A DNA stretch of 64,000 nucleotides from Myxococcota bacterium (GCA_963674735.2 CAXXQS010000001.1:1056001-1120000), one strand, 5' to 3'. Shown: positions 47,296 through 57,283, counted from the stretch's first letter. Made by a program: numbers and translations. The notes: generated by a model not told the origin, from the sequence alone.

Positions 47296-48432
47296 TCAGA
47301 TGTCGTCTTTCACACCGATGGACATGAATTCAGATGCTCCCGGGGATGACGCAATCGCATCTTCCGGGCCGATCATCACGATTTCATAAGCGGGATATGG
47401 CTTGAGCAATTCCGTGATGGACTTCGGTCCGCCCACGAATAGCGATACGCTCAACGCTTCGGCGATCAACGGATCGGGACCGATTACGGCCGTCGCCAAT
47501 GTCGGGCGGGCCGGTTCGCAGGTCGTCGGATCGAGGAAAGGGTGAACGCGCTGTTTACGCCGGGTAAAACCCTGTTCATAGACCGTTGACGTCATCAACG
47601 CGCGATCGCCTGTCGTGACCATGGCGTATTGTTGCAGAGGATTCACCGGATGTGGCAGAGCCACTTTCCAGGGGGAACCGTTCAAAGATCCATGCGAGAT
47701 GGAATCGGAGCCGAAGAATACGAAATAGTCCGTAAAACCGGCTTTGTCCAGGGTTTCCTTAACAAAACTCAGTGCGACTCCTCGACGAAAAAGCCTGAGA
47801 TCCAACCCGCTGTTCTTTTTCGGCAAAAAAACACTTTTCGCGGTGTCGTCAAAGATGATTTTCGTGCTTCGAGCGAATTGCAACGCGGTTTTCAACTCTT
47901 TGGGTTCCGGGTACTTGGCACGTGATGGCTCGAAATCGTACAGATCGAAGCAGGGTTTCAGAGTTAGGCTGGATAGACCGCCACTTTTTATACTCAAGTC
48001 ATCAAGTTGCCGAAGCATTGTGTAAATGGGGTCGGATACGACGACGGGAGCCATGCCCGCCTGGGCATTTAAGCGGGCCAGAACGCCTTTCTCGTGACCG
48101 GTTTCGATTTCATTTAGAAGGTTATTCAAATCTACTTTAAGCTGTTGCAGGGTTTGATCGAAGGTGAAAATCTTCGACGAAAAGACTTTGATTGTGAGTT
48201 TGGAGTCGTACACTTTGAAAGATCGTTCGAAAAGGCGAGGATTGTCTTTTTCCGCTTCAGCCACTTTCTGCATTACCTTCGCGGTGACACGGCTTTGATG
48301 TTCCTCTCGGGTTTCCCAAGGGGGAAAGAAAATGAGGTACGCGGCAAGCGTGCCAAGCAAAGCGACAATCATTCCGATGTGACTTTTGCGAGGTTGTACG
48401 TAATGTTTGCGGCGAGTGGAAAACAGGGACAT
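47296..48432 (-). CDS. ApbE-like FAD:protein FMN transferase (divergent)
   Basis: RLNAQAG..PVVVS, WKVALPHP, HPFLDP, and TAVIGPDP..AEALS follow the ApbE layout; N-terminal TM. Confidence 0.75.
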   Translation of the reverse strand: MSLFSTRRKHYVQPRKSHIGMIVALLGTLAAYLIFFPPWETREEHQSRVTAKVMQKVAEAEKDNPRLFERSFKVYDSKLTIKVFSSKIFTFDQTLQQLKVDLNNLLNEIETGHEKGVLARLNAQAGMAPVVVSDPIYTMLRQLDDLSIKSGGLSSLTLKPCFDLYDFEPSRAKYPEPKELKTALQFARSTKIIFDDTAKSVFLPKKNSGLDLRLFRRGVALSFVKETLDKAGFTDYFVFFGSDSISHGSLNGSPWKVALPHPVNPLQQYAMVTTGDRALMTSTVYEQGFTRRKQRVHPFLDPTTCEPARPTLATAVIGPDPLIAEALSVSLFVGGPKSITELLKPYPAYEIVMIGPEDAIASSPGASEFMSIGVKDDI

Positions 48433-48592
48433 CGTTGATCCTTTCAGAAGCCTGATCCGCTTTCATCTAACACAGAACTCATACCAGAGCAAGGTATCAC
48501 AATCCATGAACGAAGGGGGGTGGAAATGCATGAACGGTCTAATTCCTTGCTCAGAAATGCAACTGGGATTATACATTTAAGTGGAGGTGGCG

Positions 48593-49225
48593 ATGATTCC
48601 CGGACTCAATAGCAATATCCGAGTGAGTGAGAAGATGTTTCACATCCAAACGGAAGATTCCGGTCCCCGTTACGGTCATGTGATTTCGCATCTTTTTCAA
48701 GAAGGAACGATTCTGGCGTCGGTGAAAACCGCTTATAAAGAGCTTCTGGATCTTGATCAGGCCGAGCTTGAAGCCGAAGTCGTCAAGATCATGCGGAAAT
48801 CACACCGACAGATGGTACAGAAGCTCACCAGCGGCGAGTATGCAACCGAAATGGGTCTCAACGACAGTGGGACCATGAAGGTAATGGTGGAAGTGGAAGA
48901 AGAGGAACTCACGCCTGCTGCAGACCCCGAGAGTGACGAGGCCGAGGAAGTTCAATCCTCAACCGGTGAAACGAAGGGGAGTGATGCGGAAAAGCACGAG
49001 GATATCCGCTCTGACGTGGAGTTGGCCACACCCGACGAAAAAGACAAGACGAACCTTTCAAGTCCAGCCGATGGCCCTTCGTCGATGATCGATGAACCGC
49101 AGTTGACAACCGAGGAGCTGGTCAAACGCATCGAGGAACTGATGACACCCGCCCCGCGAGGCGAGTCGGCCGAACAAAGAATTTCTTCTCTACTGGAACG
49201 TTTTTCCGAAAATCGGCCGGATTGA
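48593..49225 (+). CDS. Hypothetical protein with a G.N.N...FHIQTEDSG domain and an acidic tail
   Basis: GGAGG before the ATG; the N-terminal motif resembles an uncharacterised deltaproteobacterial family (recalled, not searched). Confidence 0.7.
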   Translation: MIPGLNSNIRVSEKMFHIQTEDSGPRYGHVISHLFQEGTILASVKTAYKELLDLDQAELEAEVVKIMRKSHRQMVQKLTSGEYATEMGLNDSGTMKVMVEVEEEELTPAADPESDEAEEVQSSTGETKGSDAEKHEDIRSDVELATPDEKDKTNLSSPADGPSSMIDEPQLTTEELVKRIEELMTPAPRGESAEQRISSLLERFSENRPD

Positions 49226-49244
49226 CCTGTATGACAGACGCCTT

Positions 49245-49976
49245 TCAGTCGATGTTGTTAGCGCCATTCTGGGCTACCAGATTTGCGGCGCGTAGCAGGG
49301 AAGGGAATGTCCCCGCATCCGTCCACCAGCCTTCCAGCACATCGTAAGTTAACTTTCCGCGATTCAGGTACATGTTGTTGACGTCCGTGATCTCCAGCTC
49401 GCCGCGCTCGGAAGGCTTGAGGTTGCGGATAAAGTCGAATACGGTGGAATCGTAAAAGTAGATGCCGGTTACGGCCAATCGCGAAGGAGGATCTTTGGGT
49501 TTCTCATAGATTTCCACGATCTTATCATCCACGATTTTGGGGACACCGAAACGTTCGGGGTCGGGAACATCTTTTAGCAGGATTTTGGCGCCATCGCCTT
49601 GTTGGCGAAACCGTTCGGCGGCATGGCGGATATTTTTTTCGATGAGGTTGTCGCCGAGTACAACGCAGACCAACTCTCCATCACAGAAATGCTCGGCCAA
49701 ACGCAAAGCATCGGCGATACCGCCTTCACCTTCCTGGTAGGTATAGTTCAAATCTTTTAGCCCGAAATCCTGACCGTTCCCGAGTAACTCCAGAAAGTCA
49801 CCGGCGTGTTTTCCGCCCGTGACAATCAGGATATCATCGATTCCGGCGTTGATCAGGCATTGTATGGGATAATGGATCATCGGCTTGTCGTAGATGGGCA
49901 ACAAATGCTTGTTGGTAATCTTGGTCAAGGGATGAAGCCGCGTTCCCAATCCGCCAGCCAGAACAACGCCTTTCAT
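49245..49976 (-). CDS. Sugar-1-phosphate nucleotidyltransferase (short glucose-1-phosphate thymidylyltransferase, RfbA/SpsI-like)
   Basis: LAGGLGTRL.P.T...NKHLLP, LGDN, EKP and RGELEITD motifs. Confidence 0.9.
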   Translation of the reverse strand: MKGVVLAGGLGTRLHPLTKITNKHLLPIYDKPMIHYPIQCLINAGIDDILIVTGGKHAGDFLELLGNGQDFGLKDLNYTYQEGEGGIADALRLAEHFCDGELVCVVLGDNLIEKNIRHAAERFRQQGDGAKILLKDVPDPERFGVPKIVDDKIVEIYEKPKDPPSRLAVTGIYFYDSTVFDFIRNLKPSERGELEITDVNNMYLNRGKLTYDVLEGWWTDAGTFPSLLRAANLVAQNGANNID

Positions 49977-50031
49977 TGGCTTTCTCCTCTCGGAATTTGA
50001 TCGGTGCCGATAAAAAAACAACCGCCATTTT

Positions 50032-51357
50032 TTAGGCGCGGAAGATTTTTTTGCGGTTCTTTTTCACATTCCGGGTTGCATTACGTGTATCGATTACCAG
50101 TGGCGCATGTTTGACGATGAAATCGTAGTCGTAATCCGAGTGGTCGGTGGAAATCAGGACCACGTCAACCGACGCAAGCTTTTTCTCCGTCAGCGGTTGG
50201 GATTTCATGTTGAATTTGTGTTTGCGCGTGGGTGCCAGTTTGGGGATATGCGGATCGTTGTATTCCACTTTGGCACCATGTTCGCGCAACAGGTCGATCA
50301 ACTCCAAGGTCGGCGATTCGCGCATGTCGTCCACGTCTTTTTTGTAGGCCGCTCCCAGAACGAGGACGGTCGAACCCTTGAGCGATTTACAATGTTCGTT
50401 TAGCGCTTCCAGTGTTTTGTGGATGACGTATTCCGGCATGCTGGTGTTGATTTCACCGGCCAGTTCGATAAAGCGCGTCGAGATTTTATACTCGCGGGCT
50501 TTCCACGTGAGATAGAAGGGATCGATCGGAATGCAGTGTCCCCCCAAACCGGGGCCCGGGTAGAACGGCATAAAGCCGAAGGGTTTGGTCGAGGCGGCAT
50601 CGATCACTTCCCAAATGTCGATGTTCATCCGATCACCGACCATTTTCAATTCATTGACCAACGCGATGTTGACCGAACGGAAGATGTTTTCGAGTAGCTT
50701 GGTCATTTCGGCTTCGCGACAGCCTTTGACCTTCACCACGTGGTCGATGACGTTTCCGTATAGAGCCGACGCGAGAAGACCGCATTGGCGGGTTAGACCC
50801 CCGACCACTTTGGGAATGGTGCGCGTGTTGAAACTGGGGTTGCCCGGATCTTCGCGTTCGGGTGAATAAGCGAGAAAGAAATCTTTTCCACACTTGAGTC
50901 CGCTTCCCTCTTCAAGGATCGGCAAGGTCAGTTCATCGGTCGTGCCGGGGTAAGTGGTGGATTCCAGCGAAATCAACTGGCCGGGGCGCAGGGTCTTTCG
51001 AATTTGCCGTGCCGTGTTCTCGACGAATGAGAGGTCGGGCTCACGATTCACGTTCAGCGGTGTGGGGACGCAGATAATCAGGGCGTCACATTCTTTGAGG
51101 CGGCGAAAGTCGGTTGTGGCCTCAAATTTATTGGAATCGTTGAGTGCTTTCAATCGGCTGGGCGAGATATGCTTGATGTAGCTCTTGCCCTTGGCCAGTG
51201 CTGTGATTTTGAATTCATCGAGATCGAACCCGATCACGGAGTAGCCTGCACGGTTGAATTCCAATACCAGTGGCAAACCGACATAGCCAAGTCCGATAAC
51301 GCCAACAATGGCACTACGAGATTCTATTTTTTCCATCAATGCTTTGTACATGGTCAT
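50032..51357 (-). CDS. UDP-N-acetyl-hexosamine 6-dehydrogenase (WbpA/WecC-type)
   Basis: GLGYVGLP, CVPTP, ESTTYPGTT, SPERE and GGHCIP motifs. Confidence 0.93.
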   Translation of the reverse strand: MTMYKALMEKIESRSAIVGVIGLGYVGLPLVLEFNRAGYSVIGFDLDEFKITALAKGKSYIKHISPSRLKALNDSNKFEATTDFRRLKECDALIICVPTPLNVNREPDLSFVENTARQIRKTLRPGQLISLESTTYPGTTDELTLPILEEGSGLKCGKDFFLAYSPEREDPGNPSFNTRTIPKVVGGLTRQCGLLASALYGNVIDHVVKVKGCREAEMTKLLENIFRSVNIALVNELKMVGDRMNIDIWEVIDAASTKPFGFMPFYPGPGLGGHCIPIDPFYLTWKAREYKISTRFIELAGEINTSMPEYVIHKTLEALNEHCKSLKGSTVLVLGAAYKKDVDDMRESPTLELIDLLREHGAKVEYNDPHIPKLAPTRKHKFNMKSQPLTEKKLASVDVVLISTDHSDYDYDFIVKHAPLVIDTRNATRNVKKNRKKIFRA

Positions 51358-51517
51358 CCCCTCGGTAAATCTATCTAATCAACGCGACACAATACTCGAG
51401 AGCCGGGAAAAAGTCAACAATACAGACTGCTTGGGCGCAGAATTACAGATAGACCCGAGGTGAAAGAGTTTCTGCTGTTGCTTAGGCTCCCCAATCAACT
51501 TCAAGATTAGGCTGGAA

Positions 51518-51546
51518 TTGACATCTCCGTTAGGTTCAGGTTAACT
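51518..51546 (+). promoter_or_regulatory. Putative sigma70 promoter for the GH5 gene
   Basis: TTGACA-N17-TTAACT. Confidence 0.45.
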
Positions 51547-51599
51547 GACAAGAGATAACGCGTTTATTACAATGTCAAATTTAAATCTGGAGGATTGCC

Positions 51600-53225
51600 A
51601 TGTCGCGGATGCCGCTTGTGTGGCTGTTCGTTTCTGTCATTACAGTCGTTTGTCTTTCGGGATGTCGCGATAATGATGAAGACGATAATTCCGTTTTGGA
51701 GTGTAATCCTGCCTGTGAAGCCGGAACTGTTTGTGAAGCGGGAGAGTGTGTCGCACTGGGGGGAGACGGAGATAAGCAAGAGGCCGATGTCGAGGTTGAT
51801 GGTTTCATCGATGGCGATACGGATGAAGAGGTGATTGTCGAATTACCTTTGCCGTTCATCGTGGACGAGCAGGGAAGGGCAATGATTTTACACGGAGTCA
51901 ACGTCGATTACGGCGTAAAGGGAAATCCGGCACAGCTACCGGTTATTCCGGAGGATGAACCGATTCGTTTGTCCCGTGACCTGGGGTTCAATCTCGTGCG
52001 CTTGTTGCTGGTGTGGGAGGGCGTGGAGCCCGAACCGGGCGAGATCGACCAGAGCTACCTTGACCAGATTGAAACACGGGTCGACCAGTTCGCTGCGGCG
52101 GGGATGAATGTGGTGCTCGATATGCACCAGGATGTCTATGCACGTCGCTTTTGTTGTGACGGGGCTCCCGAATGGGCGATTCGGGATGATGGAGAGTCAT
52201 TTGCTATCCAGCCACAATGGTTTCTCAATTATTTCCAGCCGGCCGTCGTGCGCGCGTTCGATAACTTCTGGGCTTACGACCAAGGTGAACATCAAGATTT
52301 GCAGGATCATTACGCGAATATGTGGAAAGCGGTCGTCGAGCGCTTCAAAGACCATCCTGCCGTGTTGGGTTACGATCTGATGAACGAGCCCCATCCCGGA
52401 TCGGATTTCGATGCCGGGGAGGCTTTAGGGCTGGGTGCGGCTGAAGATAGTCCGTCTCCGGCATTCGACCGTGACAAGTTACAGCCTTTCTATCAGAGAA
52501 TCATCAATGTCATCCGGCAAGTGGATGAAGAAGGGTGGATATTCTTCGAAACGCGATATGGTGCGCCGGGGAATGGAAGTCCATCTTTCATAGAGGGATT
52601 GGTAGATCCTCGATCGGGTGCACCCCGGCTGGCGTACTTTCCACACTTGTATTCCGTTAGCCTTGAAAACAACCAAAGCTATAACCCGGAAGTCGATAAA
52701 ACCATCGAAAACTGGGAAACGAATCGAGCCTTGGAGGTGGACCGAGAAAACTGGCCACTTTTAATCGGCGAATGGGGGTTGGATCCGGCTTGGGAGAAAA
52801 GCGCTTTATTTACGAGCAAGCTATTGGCGATGGCCGACCGGCGGATGGCTGGCTGGGCGTACTGGTCATGGGATCCGGGCGGTTGGAGCTTTCTCGATTC
52901 GGATTTCACGGAAAGAGACTGGGCGGGGATGTTGGCGCGGGTTTATCCCCAGAAGATTTCGGGTCGTCCCGAGTTCTTTAGCTTTGATCCGGACGCTCGC
53001 CTGTTTAGCTTGACCTATTCGGATCGCGAAGGTGTCAGTGGCGCAACGGAAATCTACATTCCGGCGAGTCGCCATTACCCGGAAGGGTGGACGCTCGAAG
53101 TGTCGGATCCCGATGGAAGCTGGAGTATGGAATGGGATGCCGAGCTGGAAATCGTCCGTGTCACGACGACGCCTGATAGCGATGGGCACACCTTGACGAT
53201 TCGCCCATCGCAGAATTCTGACTAG
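51600..53225 (+). CDS. GH5 endoglycoceramidase-like lipoprotein with C-terminal beta-sandwich
   Basis: Lipobox LSG-C; ILHGVN, LDMHQD, DGAPEW, acid/base NEP, nucleophile GEW, and RVYPQKISG. Confidence 0.88.
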   Translation: MSRMPLVWLFVSVITVVCLSGCRDNDEDDNSVLECNPACEAGTVCEAGECVALGGDGDKQEADVEVDGFIDGDTDEEVIVELPLPFIVDEQGRAMILHGVNVDYGVKGNPAQLPVIPEDEPIRLSRDLGFNLVRLLLVWEGVEPEPGEIDQSYLDQIETRVDQFAAAGMNVVLDMHQDVYARRFCCDGAPEWAIRDDGESFAIQPQWFLNYFQPAVVRAFDNFWAYDQGEHQDLQDHYANMWKAVVERFKDHPAVLGYDLMNEPHPGSDFDAGEALGLGAAEDSPSPAFDRDKLQPFYQRIINVIRQVDEEGWIFFETRYGAPGNGSPSFIEGLVDPRSGAPRLAYFPHLYSVSLENNQSYNPEVDKTIENWETNRALEVDRENWPLLIGEWGLDPAWEKSALFTSKLLAMADRRMAGWAYWSWDPGGWSFLDSDFTERDWAGMLARVYPQKISGRPEFFSFDPDARLFSLTYSDREGVSGATEIYIPASRHYPEGWTLEVSDPDGSWSMEWDAELEIVRVTTTPDSDGHTLTIRPSQNSD

Positions 53226-53415
53226 ATCGCAGATTACAGAAATGACTGTTGATGGCTATTTGAGCCGGTGTAACGGTTCTTATATTCGAAGTGGCACAAC
53301 TTGCGTCCATTCCGACCGTTTGGCTGGTGCAAATCCTTGGAAGAAAACGGGGGGCTGCCGTTCTCTATTAAAAACCACATGGGGATGGATGGTGTGACCG
53401 AAAGGAAGCACGTAA

Positions 53416-54420
53416 ATGACAACCCCCAAGCTGGCGCTGGTTTTGCTCGGCGTGGTGATCGTTGCCGTGATTATGGCCCTAACGATTTCGGGAGGAAAAG
53501 CGGAGGAAAGCATGCGAGCCCCGGTGATTCCTGCTCATGATAAGGAGAAACTCGATATGCGGGATGCACGTCTGACCGACATGGAGAAGCATGTCATTTT
53601 GAATAAGGGAACCGAGAGACCGTTTTCGGGCAAATATGTCGACCACCACGCTGAAGGCTATTACACATGCAAACGTTGCGGCGCCAGACTCTTCGAGTCG
53701 CAATCCAAGTTTGATTCCCAGTGCGGCTGGCCAAGCTTCGATGAAAATCTGCCGGGAGCGGTCGAGCGCATTCCCGATGCGGATGGGATGAGAACGGAAA
53801 TCGTGTGCGCGGCTTGCAAAGCCCATCTGGGGCATGTGTTCGAAGGCGAACACTTCACCGAGAAAAACACGCGCCACTGTGTGAACTCCATCTCCTTGAA
53901 CTTTACTTCGGCGGATCAGGTGGATTCGGCCAAGGCGGAAGCGTATTTCGCGGGAGGCTGTTTCTGGGGGGTTGAGTACTACATGGAGGAAGCTCCGGGT
54001 GTATTGGATGTCAGCTCAGGCTATATGGGAGGGCAAGTCGAAAATCCCAGTTACGAGCAGGTTTGCTCAGGTCGCACGGGTCATGCGGAAGCGGTCCGGG
54101 TGGTTTACGACCCCTCAAAAATTTCATATGAGGATTTGGCTCGTCTATTCTTTGAAATCCACGATCCCACACAAGTGAATCGACAGGGACCGGACATCGG
54201 AGAACAGTACCGGTCGGCGATTTACGTGAAATCGGACGAAGAACGGGAGATTGTCAGTCGCTTGATTGACGAATTAAAAGAATCCGGCTTTGCGGTTTCA
54301 ACGAAACTGGAAATGGCTGGTCCTTTTTACCCGGCAGAGGAATACCACCAGAATTACTACGAAAAAACGGGAAAGCAACCTTATTGTCACCGCCGAGTTA
54401 CACGTTTTAAAAGGAAATAA
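53416..54420 (+). CDS. msrAB: Exported bifunctional methionine sulfoxide reductase (MsrB-MsrA order)
   Basis: N-terminal hydrophobic anchor; MsrB motifs GTERPF, CKRC, CAAC, GWPSF and RHCVNS; MsrA motifs GGCFWG and AEEYHQ. Confidence 0.93.
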   Translation: MTTPKLALVLLGVVIVAVIMALTISGGKAEESMRAPVIPAHDKEKLDMRDARLTDMEKHVILNKGTERPFSGKYVDHHAEGYYTCKRCGARLFESQSKFDSQCGWPSFDENLPGAVERIPDADGMRTEIVCAACKAHLGHVFEGEHFTEKNTRHCVNSISLNFTSADQVDSAKAEAYFAGGCFWGVEYYMEEAPGVLDVSSGYMGGQVENPSYEQVCSGRTGHAEAVRVVYDPSKISYEDLARLFFEIHDPTQVNRQGPDIGEQYRSAIYVKSDEEREIVSRLIDELKESGFAVSTKLEMAGPFYPAEEYHQNYYEKTGKQPYCHRRVTRFKRK

Positions 54421-54428
54421 TGGAAAGG

Positions 54429-54466
54429 AAAAAGGCCGAACCGTTCTGTTGAGACGATTCGGCCTT
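54429..54466 (-). terminator. Intrinsic terminator downstream of fusA
   Basis: AAGGCCGAA...TTCGGCCTT stem; the adjacent A-run gives a U-tract on the minus strand. Confidence 0.65.
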
Positions 54467-54488
54467 GAGATTATGAGTTGTCGGCTGC

Positions 54489-56564
54489 CTACTTGTCGGA
54501 TTTCAGTCGTTCTTTCGCTTCCGCCAATACTTTTTCCTGCATGGATGCAGGCATTGCGGAGTAATGTTTCAGCTCCATCGAGTAGTTGGCTCGACCCGAA
54601 GATAACGAACGAATATCGGTGGCGTACCCGAATAGCTCCATCAAGGGTGCTTCGGCGCTGATTTTCTGGCTGCCCTTCCGGTAACGGCGCATGTTATGGA
54701 TTTTGCCTCTGCGCCGATTCAGATCCCCGACCAGATCGCCGATGAAGTCGTCCGGCGTCGCGATTTCCATCAACATGATGGGTTCGAGAATCTGCGGTGC
54801 GGCCTTTCTGAAGGCTTCCTTGAAGCAAATCGAGGCGCAGGTTTTAAATGCCAAATCGGAACTGTCCACTGCGTGGGCGCTTCCGTCCAACAGCGTTACC
54901 TTGACATCCACCAGCTGGTAATCGGCCAGTACACCTTTGGTGAGGGTTTCCTCAATTCCTTTTCTGACAGCCGGGATGAACTCCGAGGGGATGTCTCCGC
55001 CCGTGACGGCATTGACGAATTCGAAACCGCCACCGGGGTTGGGTTCCAGTTGCATGATGGTATGCGCATACTGTCCTTTACCGCCGCTCTGCTTGACATA
55101 TTTGTAGTCGTGGCGACAGGGGATAGACACGGTTTCTCTGTATTCGACGGAGGGCTGTCCCACTTCAGTGATCACGCCGAAATCTGTTTTCAAGCGATCC
55201 ACGATGATCTCAAGGTGTAGTTCGCCCATTCCGGCGATGACGGTTTCGTTGGTGCGCTCGACCTGACGAACGGTGAAGGAAGGATCTTCCAAGCCAATAT
55301 GTCGCAAGGCTTTGAACAATTTTTCTTCATCTTTGCGGTTTTCGGTCGAGACCTTGACGCTGATGACCGGCTCCGGTACGCGTACGGACTCAAGCAGTAG
55401 GGGAGCGTTGACGTCGCAGATGGTATGACCGGTCAGAGTTGTTTTCAACCCGATCAAGGCTACGATATCTCCGGGGCCGACCTCTTGCACTTCGACGCGA
55501 TCTTTAGCCTGGATGCGCAAAATACGGCTGATGCGGACTTTTTTTCCGGTCGTCGTATTCAAAACGGTGTCGCCGGTTTTGAGGATACCCGAATAGGTGC
55601 GAACAAAGGTCTGCTGGCCGACGTAGGGATCGTGGATAACCTTGAAAGCGAGTGCACAGAATGGATCCGTCGCAGTCGGATGGCGAGTGAGTAAGGTTTC
55701 GGGGTTGTCGATGTCGTGTCCGGATGTCGCACCTCGATTGAGCGGGCTCGGCATATAATCGACAACGGCATTTAGAAGGAGCTGGATCCCGATGTTTTTG
55801 TAGGCCGCACCGCAGAAAACAGGTGTAATCAGCGAGCGAAGAACACAGAAGCGTGTTACGTCACGAATCATCTTCTCCGAAACAGGCTGATCGTCCAAAT
55901 ACAATTCCGCCAGGTCATCGTCGAATTCGGCCAACCGCTCAAGCAGAGCCGCACGCAACTTTTCAGCCTGGTTTTGACAGTCGGCAGGAATGTCTTTGTA
56001 AACGAGTGTCTTATCCTGTACTTCGACCATTTTCATGGTGATAAGATCGATGACCCCTTTGAAGGTGTCGCCTTCACCCACCGGCAACTGATAGGGAATG
56101 GCTTCTGCATTGAGCCTGTCGTTCATTTGGGCGATGACATCTTGATAGTCCGCCCCCGCTCGATCCATTTTATTGATAAAGGCGAGGCGCGGCACCATAT
56201 ACCGATCGGCTTGGCCCCAAACGGTCTCGCTTTGAGCTTCGACTCCGCCAACGGCGCAGAAGACCGCCACGATGCCGTCCAGTACACGCATGGAGCGTTC
56301 GACTTCAATCGTGAAGTCAACGTGACCGGGGGTGTCGATGATGTTGATTTTGTGGTCGTTCCACTCACAGCTGATCGCAGCGGAGGCGATCGTGATGCCC
56401 CGTTCCTGCTCTTGCTTCATGAAATCCATCGTCGCCATACCGTCATGGACTTCACCGATTTTGCGGTTAACTCCAGTAAAAAAGAGAATACGTTCGGTGA
56501 CGGTGGTTTTTCCGGCGTCGATGTGAGCGGCGATTCCGATATTACGTGACTTCTTGATACCCAT
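54489..56564 (-). CDS. fusA: Elongation factor G (stand-alone copy)
   Basis: [30 protein letters not shown] and KQSGGKGQY motifs; no rpsL, rpsG or tuf adjacent. Confidence 0.95.
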   Translation of the reverse strand: MGIKKSRNIGIAAHIDAGKTTVTERILFFTGVNRKIGEVHDGMATMDFMKQEQERGITIASAAISCEWNDHKINIIDTPGHVDFTIEVERSMRVLDGIVAVFCAVGGVEAQSETVWGQADRYMVPRLAFINKMDRAGADYQDVIAQMNDRLNAEAIPYQLPVGEGDTFKGVIDLITMKMVEVQDKTLVYKDIPADCQNQAEKLRAALLERLAEFDDDLAELYLDDQPVSEKMIRDVTRFCVLRSLITPVFCGAAYKNIGIQLLLNAVVDYMPSPLNRGATSGHDIDNPETLLTRHPTATDPFCALAFKVIHDPYVGQQTFVRTYSGILKTGDTVLNTTTGKKVRISRILRIQAKDRVEVQEVGPGDIVALIGLKTTLTGHTICDVNAPLLLESVRVPEPVISVKVSTENRKDEEKLFKALRHIGLEDPSFTVRQVERTNETVIAGMGELHLEIIVDRLKTDFGVITEVGQPSVEYRETVSIPCRHDYKYVKQSGGKGQYAHTIMQLEPNPGGGFEFVNAVTGGDIPSEFIPAVRKGIEETLTKGVLADYQLVDVKVTLLDGSAHAVDSSDLAFKTCASICFKEAFRKAAPQILEPIMLMEIATPDDFIGDLVGDLNRRRGKIHNMRRYRKGSQKISAEAPLMELFGYATDIRSLSSGRANYSMELKHYSAMPASMQEKVLAEAKERLKSDK

Positions 56565-57136
56565 AACGTTCTATTTCCAAGCAAAAATGTTAAGGCCGCG
56601 CACTCTAGCGGAAAACATCTGCAAAGTAAAGAAAGGAAAACATGAAATGTCACTTTTATTCAGATTTCTTTCCAATCCGATGAACAAGTGCAAATAGTCT
56701 GGAAAAAGAGGTCTGTTTGGTTCTCAATTCAAAGCAAAAGAAGCGATTTCATCTAATAATGGACTTCCATTCGACGTAAACATATTAATATTAAAAAAAA
56801 ACATGAAAAAGAAATCCGTTTTACCCCCACCTTTTTTAAGGCGGACCCCAAAATTATGAAAAAATTTACTTGAGAAACAGGTGGAAATAGTATTCAATAA
56901 AGAGAGTGTTTGAGTCGTAATTGGTTGGTTGGACTGTTTCATATCCCGTGCGGTTGTGGTGCTTAAGTAGAACGACATCATGATCCAAGCCTTTTGAGTG
57001 AGTTTAACAAGCTGGTGTGCCGGGCAGTTGAGGTCGCTGGTGAAAATACCTTCCCAGAAAAAAATGACTTTGCTTTTTCGCATTCTCAGGATTCGGGAAT
57101 GTCTTGCCTCCGGAATGTAACTCGTTGTAATTGGTG

Positions 57137-57283
57137 ATGGAAAAACGTAAAAAGGGTTTTATCGTTTTAATAGGGTTCCTTTTCGTGAATATTCCGCTTT
57201 CGATTGTGGGTATCTACGCGGAACATTACTATAAACGCTGTCTAAAAGTGTCTGTGACTCTCGTTGCAATAAGTAAAGGTTAG
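57137..57283 (+). CDS. Candidate 48-aa single-TM small protein
   Basis: MEKRKKGFIVLIGFLFVNIPLSIVGIYAEHYYKRCLKVSVTLVAISKG; ends 8 nt before the next start; weak RBS. Confidence 0.35.
   Translation: MEKRKKGFIVLIGFLFVNIPLSIVGIYAEHYYKRCLKVSVTLVAISKG

Noticed and set aside
53390-53410. GTGTGACCGAAAGGAAGCAC, similar to SRP RNA helix 8
   Set aside because: It lacks the conserved CAGG strand and the long SRP stem, and overlaps the msrAB RBS.
56724-57083. 119-aa minus-strand ORF in the AT-rich intergenic region
   Set aside because: Poly-Phe runs come from A-tracts; no RBS or family features.
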